Shown here one piece after another: positions 1-7,537 of a stretch of DNA of 20,593 nt. How positions within the stretch are numbered: position 1 is the first letter of the stretch; each line of letters starts with the position of its first letter. Below the pieces are notes generated by a model. The model saw only the letters and a list, made by a program, of their open reading frames with translations. It was not told the origin of the DNA and searched no databases. A program made the position numbers and the translations under genes. Origin of the DNA: Microcoleaceae cyanobacterium (GTDB lineage: Bacteria; Cyanobacteriota; Cyanobacteriia; Cyanobacteriales; Microcoleaceae); the NCBI GenBank assembly GCA_051652765.1, contig JBOFUV010000149.1, positions 1 through 20,593 on the forward strand, read 5' to 3'.

Positions 1-2
1 AG

Positions 3-1799
3 CGCGGCGCGATCGCAATGGCAATTCCGCTCCTGTGTCTGATCACATCATTCAGTACCCATTTGTGGTTTAGGGAAAGAGACATTCAGGTTGAAAACGC
101 GGTTGACCACTCCCAAATGGTTCTGCTCGAAAGTTATACTCTGCTGGTGGAAATGATCAATGCTGAAACTGGGGTGCGCGGTTATTATGTCAGTCGTCAA
201 CCCGAATTTTTACAACCTTACGAACAGGCTTTGACGACACTCCCCAAAATCTTCGAGCGCTTGAACTATCTGCTCAAGGACAATCCCACCCAGGCCGAGC
301 GGATCAAATCCCTTGAGCGCTTGGCAAGCCAGAAACTGGAAATCCTCAGCTCCGGTATTCAACAAATTGAGCCTTCAACTCCAAACACTCCTCCAATCAC
401 TCCACTCAATCTTCCTCTCGCTCAGGGCAAGGCTGTGATGGATGAATTCCGCCTGATCTTGCAGCAACTGGAAATCGAAGAACAGCAGTTGCTCAAGAGC
501 CGTCAACAGAATCTTCAATATCGGCGGGATTTCAACATCCTGGTGATCTTGCTGGGGATCGTGATTAGTAGCCTAGGATTAGCATTTGCAATTGAATTAC
601 TGAGGAATCTCACTAAAGAATTGCGACACCGAGAATTTCGCTTGCAAGAGAGCGATAATCTGATCCGCGCCGTCTTTGCTAATGTGGCAGATGGGGTGGT
701 GGTGCTCAATCGCAGGTGTCAGATTGAAGGGATTAACCATTCAGCAGAGCACATGTTTAGCTATACTCTGCAAGAACTGGCGGGGAAAGACTGGAGACTG
801 TTGCTTGCCCAAGATGTTGAGGTGAATAAAACCCTGAGCTTGTCTGGAGAAGAGCTATCCCAAACCGATCGCCCCTGGCAGTCCATGGGGCGACGCAAAA
901 ATGATCAATGGTTTCCCATTGAGGTTTCGGTGAGTGTGATCGAATTTGACGATCGCCGCGTTTTGATCATTCGGGATGTGACCGAGCGCCAACAAGCTGC
1001 TGCCAAGCTTCAGATGCGTGCTGACGAATTAGCCGTTCTGAACGCCAAGCTGCAAGCCACGAATGAGGCTTTATCTGAACGCAACCGCGAGTTAGACCAG
1101 TTTGTCTATGTCGTTTCCCACGACTTGAAAGCACCCCTGAGGGCGATCGCCAACCTTTCCACCTGGATCGAAGAAGATCTGATGGAGCAACTCCCACTTG
1201 CAAACCAAAAACACATGCAGTTATTGCGCGGACGGGTGTATCGGATGGAATCCTTGCTGAATGGGTTGCTGGACTATGCCCGGATTGGCCGGACGGAGAG
1301 CCCTATCGAGTCTGTTGATGTAGCTCAATTGGTGGCCAGTGTGATTCAAATCATTGCTCCACCATCCACCTTCCAGTTTGAAATCGCTTCTCCAATGCCG
1401 ACTCTGCTGACACGGCGACTACGGCTTCACCAAGTGTTTCTGAACCTGATTGAAAATGCCGTTGACCATCATCCTAAGGAAATGGGCATCGTCAAAATTT
1501 CAGTGCAGGATCAGGGCGATCACTATGAGTTTGCGATCTCAGACGATGGCCAGGGCATTGACCCCCAGTTTTACAACAAAATTTACACCATCTTTCAAAC
1601 GTTACAAACCCGCGACATCCATGAAAGCAGAGGGGTAGGTCTGGCGATGGTGAAGAAAATTGTGAAAATGGAAGGTGGACAGATTCAGTTAGAGTCAGTC
1701 GTCGGCGAAGGCTGTACCTTTCGATTCACCTGGCTGAAGCAACCTCTTAACCAAAATAAACCCTCCGTCACATTTGTACCCATTGACAGATCGATATAG
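3..1799 (+). CDS. Membrane sensor histidine kinase, TM-CHASE3-TM-PAS-HisKA-HATPase (Cph1/BphP-type kinase core); probably 5'-truncated by the window edge
   Basis: CHASE3 signature (INAETGVRGYYVS..FLQPY; GKAVMDEFR), second TM (ILVILLGIVISSLGLAFAI), PAS (VADGVVVLN...GRRKND.WFPIEVS...IIRDVTER), H-box SHDLKAPLRAI, N-box NLIENAV, DDGQGI, GVGLAMVKKIV. The frame is open from position 3 (RGAIA) before the ATG at 18, so the true start is probably upstream. Confidence 0.92.
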   Translation, partial: RGAIAMAIPLLCLITSFSTHLWFRERDIQVENAVDHSQMVLLESYTLLVEMINAETGVRGYYVSRQPEFLQPYEQALTTLPKIFERLNYLLKDNPTQAERIKSLERLASQKLEILSSGIQQIEPSTPNTPPITPLNLPLAQGKAVMDEFRLILQQLEIEEQQLLKSRQQNLQYRRDFNILVILLGIVISSLGLAFAIELLRNLTKELRHREFRLQESDNLIRAVFANVADGVVVLNRRCQIEGINHSAEHMFSYTLQELAGKDWRLLLAQDVEVNKTLSLSGEELSQTDRPWQSMGRRKNDQWFPIEVSVSVIEFDDRRVLIIRDVTERQQAAAKLQMRADELAVLNAKLQATNEALSERNRELDQFVYVVSHDLKAPLRAIANLSTWIEEDLMEQLPLANQKHMQLLRGRVYRMESLLNGLLDYARIGRTESPIESVDVAQLVASVIQIIAPPSTFQFEIASPMPTLLTRRLRLHQVFLNLIENAVDHHPKEMGIVKISVQDQGDHYEFAISDDGQGIDPQFYNKIYTIFQTLQTRDIHESRGVGLAMVKKIVKMEGGQIQLESVVGEGCTFRFTWLKQPLNQNKPSVTFVPIDRSI

Positions 1800-1892
1800 T
1801 CTCCGCCATGTTCATATAATGGAATTGCCTCTAAGCGTTGATTTTAGCGATATTGACGCTAAAGCTAATCAGTCCGGATTCAATTGCAGGTT

Positions 1893-2333
1893 ATGGAACA
1901 CAGTGATGACCGAATAATCAATGTCTTGTTAGTAGAAGATGATCAAGTAGATGTGATGAATGTCCAGCGTGCCTTTAAAAAAGGACAGATTACCCATCCT
2001 TTATACATTGCTGGCAATGGCTTGGAAGCACTGGAGATGCTACGGGGTAGCGATGATCGTCTTCCGGTTGTACCTGCAGAACGTCGCCTGATCCTGCTCG
2101 ATCTGAATATGCCCAAAATGAACGGAATCGAGTTCCTCGAAGCCCTGCGGGCAGATGCAAAACTTAGGCAAACTCCGGTTGTAGTGCTCACGACCTCGAA
2201 CGAATACCAAGACCGGGTCAATGCCTACAACTTCAACGTGGCGGGCTATCTGCTGAAACCACTCACATTCAGCACTTTTGTTGAAGTCATGACAACCCTC
2301 AACAACTATTGGGCACTATGTGAGATGCCCTAA
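1893..2333 (+). CDS. Single-domain response regulator, Rcp1-like
   Basis: LLVEDD, ILLDLNMPKMNG (phospho-Asp), VVVLTTS, YLLKP and a C-terminal YW as in Rcp-type regulators. ATG at 1893 preferred over TTG at 1884. Confidence 0.92.
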   Translation: MEHSDDRIINVLLVEDDQVDVMNVQRAFKKGQITHPLYIAGNGLEALEMLRGSDDRLPVVPAERRLILLDLNMPKMNGIEFLEALRADAKLRQTPVVVLTTSNEYQDRVNAYNFNVAGYLLKPLTFSTFVEVMTTLNNYWALCEMP

Positions 2334-2334
2334 C

Positions 2335-3504
2335 ATGGAAGAGCTATTACGAGTGCTGATTGTAGACGATGATAGGGTCGATCGGATCAACGTACAGCGG
2401 GCCCTCAAAAAGGGTGATATGAATGTGATCTGTGCTGAAGCTGAGGATTGTGAACAGGCGATCGCCACCTTGAGCAACCAAATGTTTGACTGTATTTTTG
2501 TGGACTATCGTCTGCCTGATCAAGATGGTTTGGCGCTGGTGCAGGAGATTCGGCAGCGGCAGATCCTGTCTCCCATTGTGGTGCTGACTGGGCAGGGCGA
2601 CGAGCAAATTGCCGTCGAGCTAATGAAAGCAGGTGCCAGCGACTATCTCTCCAAGTCCCGCATCTCTCCAGAAGCTCTAGCACAAGTTCTCCGTAATGCA
2701 GTCCGCGTTTACCGGGCCGAAACCGAAATCGCCTTGCAGCGGGCTGACTTCATTGCCCACTTGACCCACGATTTGCGTACCCCTGTGGTTGCCACCGATA
2801 TGATGCTCAAACTGTTTCAAAAAGAAGCCTTTGGCCCTCTACCCGAGGCGATGAATCCCCCACTAACAGCTCTGATTCGCAGTAATCAAAACCTCCTCGA
2901 CATGGTCAATACCCTGTTGGAAGTTCATTGCTATGAAGCGGGTGAAAAAGCCCTGACCTTAATTACCTGCAATATGTGGGAAATTTCCCAGGATGTGATT
3001 CAAGAACTACAACCCCTCGCCCAAGACAAAGGCATCGAACTGAGCCTTACTATGTTTGGCCAATTGCTAGATTCCAACAAGCTCTTGATGTTGGGCGATT
3101 GTCAGGAAATTCGCCGGATGATTACAAATCTGGTTGCCAACTCGATTAAGTTTACTGAGGAAGGGCGGGTCGAGTTACGCCTGGGGCTTTCCGCGTCCCG
3201 CCCTGAAGATCCACCTACGGTTGCTGGATGGGTAACGGTGGATGTACAAGATACGGGATTGGGGATCTCAGATGATGACCAAGTAACCCTGTTTCAGCGG
3301 TTTCGGAAAGGCAGCCATAAGCAGTCTGGCAGCGGCTTGGGGTTGCATCTGGTGCAGCGGATCGTTTCCATCCACAAGGGTACAATTCAGGTTAGCTCTA
3401 CCGTGGGACAGGGTAGCCTGTTCACGATTCATCTGCCGCTCCACGTCGAAACTCCGAGTCTTAATAATTCCTGCAATAGTCTGACACAGGATTGCCCAGA
3501 ATAA
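2335..3504 (+). CDS. Hybrid histidine kinase, N-terminal REC + HisKA + HATPase, no sensor domain
   Basis: LIVDDD...FVDYRLPD...LTGQG...YLSK receiver; THDLRTP H-box, NLVANSIKFT, DTGLGI, GSGLGL. ATG at 2335 lies 1 nt after the upstream TAA, suggesting translational coupling. Confidence 0.92.
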   Translation: MEELLRVLIVDDDRVDRINVQRALKKGDMNVICAEAEDCEQAIATLSNQMFDCIFVDYRLPDQDGLALVQEIRQRQILSPIVVLTGQGDEQIAVELMKAGASDYLSKSRISPEALAQVLRNAVRVYRAETEIALQRADFIAHLTHDLRTPVVATDMMLKLFQKEAFGPLPEAMNPPLTALIRSNQNLLDMVNTLLEVHCYEAGEKALTLITCNMWEISQDVIQELQPLAQDKGIELSLTMFGQLLDSNKLLMLGDCQEIRRMITNLVANSIKFTEEGRVELRLGLSASRPEDPPTVAGWVTVDVQDTGLGISDDDQVTLFQRFRKGSHKQSGSGLGLHLVQRIVSIHKGTIQVSSTVGQGSLFTIHLPLHVETPSLNNSCNSLTQDCPE

Positions 3505-3542
3505 GTTGTCCAGAATAGACTTTACACCTGAATTAGTTGGTC

Positions 3543-3566
3543 ACTGGACTTTGTACAAAGTCCAGT
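3543..3566. terminator. Perfect 24-bp palindrome between convergent genes; probable bidirectional terminator
   Basis: ACTGGACTTTGTACAAAGTCCAGT is its own reverse complement and lies between the stops at 3504 (+) and 3584 (-). Confidence 0.6.
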
Positions 3567-3583
3567 TTCCTTCAACATTGCAC

Positions 3584-4444
3584 TTATCCATTCACGATTT
3601 CCCCACCATTCGGATGGAGAATTTGCCCTGACATATAAGATGAATCTTCAGAGGCTAAAAACAGATAGCTGGGGGCAATTTCATAAGGCTGCCCTGCCCG
3701 CTTCATCGGGACTTGATCCCCAAATCGTTCTATCTTCTCCTCTGGAAATGTGGAAGTAATCAGGGGTGTCCAGATTGGGCCGGGAGCTACACCATTAACG
3801 CGAATTCCTCGTGGTATCAAAGACTGTGAAAGGGAGCGGGTGAAGGCGACAATCGCGCCTTTGGTCGTGGAATAGTCGAGCAAAGAAGAATTGCCTTTAT
3901 AGGCAACAACAGAGGTTGAATTGATGATTGCGCTTCCGGTTGTCAGATGAGGTAGGGCTGCTTTAGTCAGATAAAACATGGAAAAAATATTGGTGCGGAA
4001 GGTACGCTCCAATTGCTCTGCACTAATATCTTCAATCGTGTCTTGGGGATGTTGTTCAGCCGCATTATTGACTAAAATATCCAGCCTGCCCAAGGTTTCA
4101 ACGATTGTTTGCACGGACTGTTGGCAAAACAGTTCATCCCCAATGTCTCCAGCGATCGTTAAACACCGTTGTCCTAATTGTTCAACATCGCGTTTTGTTT
4201 CTGCCGCATCTTCATGCTCATTTAAGTAGATAATCGCGACATCCGCACCCTCTTTGGCATAGGTAATTGCCACTGCGCGACCAATGCCACTATCTCCTCC
4301 GGTGATCAGGGCTACTTTATCTTGAAGTTTATGACTTCCCACATATTGACGATCTTCAGATTGGGGCTGAATTACCATTTCAGCTTCAATACCAGGAACT
4401 GTCTGTTGTTTTGGCTCTAAAGCCTGATTTGTGGTGTTTGACAT
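3584..4444 (-). CDS. Classical SDR oxidoreductase, YhdF/YdaD(GSP39)/YghA-like
   Basis: TGGDSGIGRA cofactor motif, LVNNAA, catalytic YSTTK, VAPGPIWTPL, and an N-terminal QQTVPG.E..M..QP typical of this subgroup. ATG at 4444 follows a GAGGT SD and is preferred over the ORF-track start at 4516. Confidence 0.92.
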   Translation of the reverse strand: MSNTTNQALEPKQQTVPGIEAEMVIQPQSEDRQYVGSHKLQDKVALITGGDSGIGRAVAITYAKEGADVAIIYLNEHEDAAETKRDVEQLGQRCLTIAGDIGDELFCQQSVQTIVETLGRLDILVNNAAEQHPQDTIEDISAEQLERTFRTNIFSMFYLTKAALPHLTTGSAIINSTSVVAYKGNSSLLDYSTTKGAIVAFTRSLSQSLIPRGIRVNGVAPGPIWTPLITSTFPEEKIERFGDQVPMKRAGQPYEIAPSYLFLASEDSSYMSGQILHPNGGEIVNG

Positions 4445-4519
4445 AACTACCTCTAGGTCACAATTATTTTCTTTGGCTTTTAACTTTGGATCACTTTCTT
4501 CGATCGCAATGCTCACGTT

Positions 4520-4688
4520 TCAAAGCAGATTGCTGCAGTGTTCACAGTTGGACTCTGGCTTACCACACGGGGAATAGATCATCATCGGGTAGCGCTTCAA
4601 AGGGCAGCCTAGGCGCAATCCCAAAGTCGGAATCTACAACTGCTGGATTGTAGATGTATTCACATGCTTTACAGATGTACTTTTGCAT
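4520..4688 (-). pseudogene. Degenerate rubredoxin gene (not in ORF track)
   Basis: ATG 4688 reads MQKYICKACEYIYNPAVVDSDFGIAPRLPFEALPDDDLFPVW* (stop 4560-4562), which aligns by eye with rubredoxin MxKYxCxxCGYIYDPxxGDPDxGIxPGTxFEDLPDDWxCPxC. A shifted frame from 4567 continues CGKPESNCEHCSNLL* to 4520. Confidence 0.8.
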
Positions 4689-4780
4689 TTTGACTCTTTG
4701 ATATAGAGGTTGGATGTAGAGGGGTTTTGGGGACTCAAATCACGGGCTTGCCTGTTTCTGAGGCTCATGAATGAATCAGA

Positions 4781-5257
4781 TTATGCTTCCTCTAAGGCGC
4801 TACCAAATTGCTTGAGCTTTTTGGCCAGTGTATGCAGTTTGGTTTTATAGCCGCGTTCTGCCTCATCTGCAAACGTATCAACTTCACTGCTAACCTGATT
4901 TAACGATTCAGTTATTTCCTCGGCTTTCGTTTTCTTGGTGGTCAGACTTTTCTTGAGATGCTTGAGGGCTTTACCCATAGCTTTCAGGTTGGGCTCCTCA
5001 GACTGCTGTAATTTTTCGTGCCAGTGGTCGATCATCTCTACCGCAGCCTCAATATCAATCGTGGCAAAGTCTTCATTGCTCAACAGTTCTAAAAGAGCAT
5101 CTAGCTCTTGTCCTTCGTCATGCTCCAGGTTTGCAGATGTAGACTCGGTTTTGCTCTGTTCCGATTGCGCTTGCTTTTTATCCGTTGCGGAGTCAGCTTT
5201 AGTCTTATCTTTGCCCTGATTTTTGTCTGTATCTTGCTTAGTTTGTTTAGTGGTCAT
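4781..5257 (-). CDS. Hypothetical protein, 158 aa, highly charged and hydrophilic
   Basis: Long ATG-started ORF with GAGG upstream; K/Q/T/D/S-rich N-terminus and predicted amphipathic helices. No family confidently recognised. Confidence 0.8.
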   Translation of the reverse strand: MTTKQTKQDTDKNQGKDKTKADSATDKKQAQSEQSKTESTSANLEHDEGQELDALLELLSNEDFATIDIEAAVEMIDHWHEKLQQSEEPNLKAMGKALKHLKKSLTTKKTKAEEITESLNQVSSEVDTFADEAERGYKTKLHTLAKKLKQFGSALEEA

Positions 5258-5569
5258 ATCAGTTGCCTCAAGCGTTAAGAAATTTCGTCTGACACTAACG
5301 TACCAAGCAGTTTTTTCTCAGGCATCTGTCAGAGGGAAGACTACAACATACCTCCAACTGCTTCGAGCTTTCAGAGGGAGAAAACCTGTTCAACCCTGCT
5401 CAAACCAACCATATACAGATGTTTCTTCTAGGTCGAACTGATAAACAAAGCTATGTCCTGAGGATGAAGACTCTAAAACAATAGGGGATTAAGTTATTCA
5501 TAGAACCAACGAACCGCAGTCAATTCCCTAGCGCTTTGCCCGCATGTTTTTTAATCAGGAGAATTTGCA

Positions 5570-6148
5570 ATGTCAGAAACACGTTTGGAGCAAAATACTG
5601 AGCTGACTGTTCCCAATGATCCGACGGAGGTAGAAGCTCCCACTTTTATGAAAGCCGTTAAGCGCGACCCAAACGCCGAGATTTCAGATCAGCATCGTCC
5701 CTTTCTCGAGAAAGTGATGTTGAACGGGGGATTGTCTGATCCCTATGATGCCAGAGACATTACCGAGGTCATTTTTCGGGTCATGCGCGATCTGATGACA
5801 ACCGAAGCCGCAGATCATGTCGCTGAGGAACTCCATGAACCCATTTTGGCCACAACCGAAAAAGCGCTACAAATGGAGATTGTCGAACTTTGGCAAGATA
5901 CCAACCCACTCGTCGGCTTCCTGAGCCGGATTCGTCCACCGTGGCAAGGCCCTGGGATCTTTAAGATTGACGACGAGCGCTTTATATTCCGAGTCGCCAA
6001 TGAATCAGGCATGTCCCATCTTGCCGATCGCGAAAAGGTGATCACAGCAGTGTTTTCTGCCACCAAAGACGAGTTATCTGAAGAGCGCATCCAAGAAATT
6101 TCAACTTGGCTGCCAGGTCAGATAAAGCTGCTGTGGGAAAACGCTTAG
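5570..6148 (+). CDS. DUF2267-family protein
   Basis: FLEKVM..GGL.D.YDARDITEVIFRVMRDLM and AVFSATKDELS.ERIQEI..WLPGQIK.LW resemble DUF2267; AGGAG SD. Confidence 0.8.
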   Translation: MSETRLEQNTELTVPNDPTEVEAPTFMKAVKRDPNAEISDQHRPFLEKVMLNGGLSDPYDARDITEVIFRVMRDLMTTEAADHVAEELHEPILATTEKALQMEIVELWQDTNPLVGFLSRIRPPWQGPGIFKIDDERFIFRVANESGMSHLADREKVITAVFSATKDELSEERIQEISTWLPGQIKLLWENA

Positions 6149-6376
6149 CAGTTGTGATCAAAAACTCTCTTTTGTGGAATTGGCGATCGCCAGTAGCAGA
6201 TCACCTTTTTCCGCAATATTGTCTCTCTAATCAGCTGTTGTGTAAAAGCTCAGCTTGACGAAATCTAGTTAATTTACCTAGAAAAGAGAACTTTCAGGGG
6301 TTTTAGATTGAGTTTAGATTCTGTTCCGTTGTTTACGTTCCACAGTTTTTTTTAGGTTTTATTTAGGAGAACACCC

Positions 6377-7411
6377 ATGGTAATGACTCTTGACGATACC
6401 AAACGGACTGCGATCGCAGGCAAACTTGCCAACATGAAAGCAGTACAAAATCTTTTGATTGCCAATGAGCAAAAGCTCTTGTCTACCTGTGAAGATGAGG
6501 ACATTCGCGATCACCTAGAAGATATGCTCGAAGACGACCGTAAGAACCTGGGAATTCTGGATACCGTCATCGTTCAATATGGTGTCAAAGCAGAGCCTGA
6601 AGAAACGGTTGCGACGATGCTTGAGCAAGTTCAGAAACTGATGCAAAGTTCCGATCTTAGCCTATACGAAAAGGCATCTAAGCATGAACTTCTCAAGCAC
6701 CAACAGTTCATGAACGGAGTTTTGATCCACAAAGCAGCACAGATTGTCGGCACAGACATTGAATCTGCAATCAAACCTCTCAATGTTGTCAACTTTGAAA
6801 ACCGCGCTCACCAAGAACAGATGAAGGGCATTTTAGAGGTTTTGGGTGTGGAAGAAATGACCGGTCAACGGGCTGAACAGGGACTTTGGGCGCGGGTTCA
6901 AGATGCAGTGGCTGCAATGACAGGTGTTGTCGGCAGTGCGGCTAGCCGGATGGAGGATGAGTTGGATCTTCAAGACATCATTCGTTTGGATCACCATAAG
7001 GCGAGCAAACTGTTCAAGCAGATTGAACGCGCCGATGATCCAAACAAAGTTCAGGAATATTTCGGCCAACTCTATAAAGATCTGAGTGTTCATGCTGAAG
7101 CCGAAGAACAAGTTGTCTACCCAGCAGTGAGTTCTTTTTACAAGAACACTCAAGAACTGTACGACGAACAAGCTGCAATGAAGCAGGCACTTGAGAAGCT
7201 GCGATCGCTCAATCCAGCCACAGCCGAATTCAAATCCGAAGTTCAGGCTTTACAGCAAGCCGTTACCCAGCACGTTCAGCAAGAAGAGCGCGAGATGTTT
7301 GCTAAAATCCGCGAAAATCTGAGCGACGATCAACGAAAAGCGCTGGCAACTGAATTTAAAACCGCAAAAAGTCAGTTGCAAGATCAGTTAGCTGCTAAGT
7401 TGCACCAGTAA
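6377..7411 (+). CDS. Ferritin-like N-terminal domain + hemerythrin (HHE) domain protein; cyanobacterial 'DNA nickase'/Alr3199-like family
   Basis: C-terminal HHE motifs DHHKA, HAEAEEQVVYP, HVQQEEREMF; N-terminal helical domain with HELLKHQQ and ENRAHQEQ; AGGAG SD. Confidence 0.82.
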   Translation: MVMTLDDTKRTAIAGKLANMKAVQNLLIANEQKLLSTCEDEDIRDHLEDMLEDDRKNLGILDTVIVQYGVKAEPEETVATMLEQVQKLMQSSDLSLYEKASKHELLKHQQFMNGVLIHKAAQIVGTDIESAIKPLNVVNFENRAHQEQMKGILEVLGVEEMTGQRAEQGLWARVQDAVAAMTGVVGSAASRMEDELDLQDIIRLDHHKASKLFKQIERADDPNKVQEYFGQLYKDLSVHAEAEEQVVYPAVSSFYKNTQELYDEQAAMKQALEKLRSLNPATAEFKSEVQALQQAVTQHVQQEEREMFAKIRENLSDDQRKALATEFKTAKSQLQDQLAAKLHQ

Positions 7412-7419
7412 ATCTATAT

Positions 7420-7461
7420 TAGGGAGAGGGCAGTCGAATGCGATCGCCTTCTTCCTACTTT
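7420..7461 (+). terminator. Stem-loop followed by a short T run after the hemerythrin gene
   Basis: TAGGGAGAGGGC (7420-7431) pairs with GCCTTCTTCCTA (7446-7457) using two G-U pairs, followed by CTTT; starts 9 nt after the stop. Confidence 0.55.
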
Positions 7462-7537
7462 AACCCCGTTCTCAAGCTTCCCCTCGGCAAAACGTCGCAA
7501 AACCTCATTACCAAATTTTCAATGGAGCAACCTGTTT

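Noticed and set aside
372..420. Pro/Thr-rich PSTPNTPPITPLNLP stretch from degenerate ACTCC repeats inside CHASE3
   Set aside because: Short low-complexity loop insertion with no evidence of separate function.
640..990. PAS domain as a FixL-type heme/O2 sensor
   Set aside because: The heme-ligating His segment of FixL is not evident (the region reads LLAQDVEVNKTLSL).
1843..1863. Small hairpin TTTAGCG/CGCTAAA between the kinase and the response regulator
   Set aside because: Only a 7-bp AT-rich stem with no U tail on the coding strand; not distinguishable from chance.
5223..5441. 72-aa ORF in the divergent promoter region
   Set aside because: Non-ATG start, overlaps the start of the opposite-strand gene, no SD and no motif.
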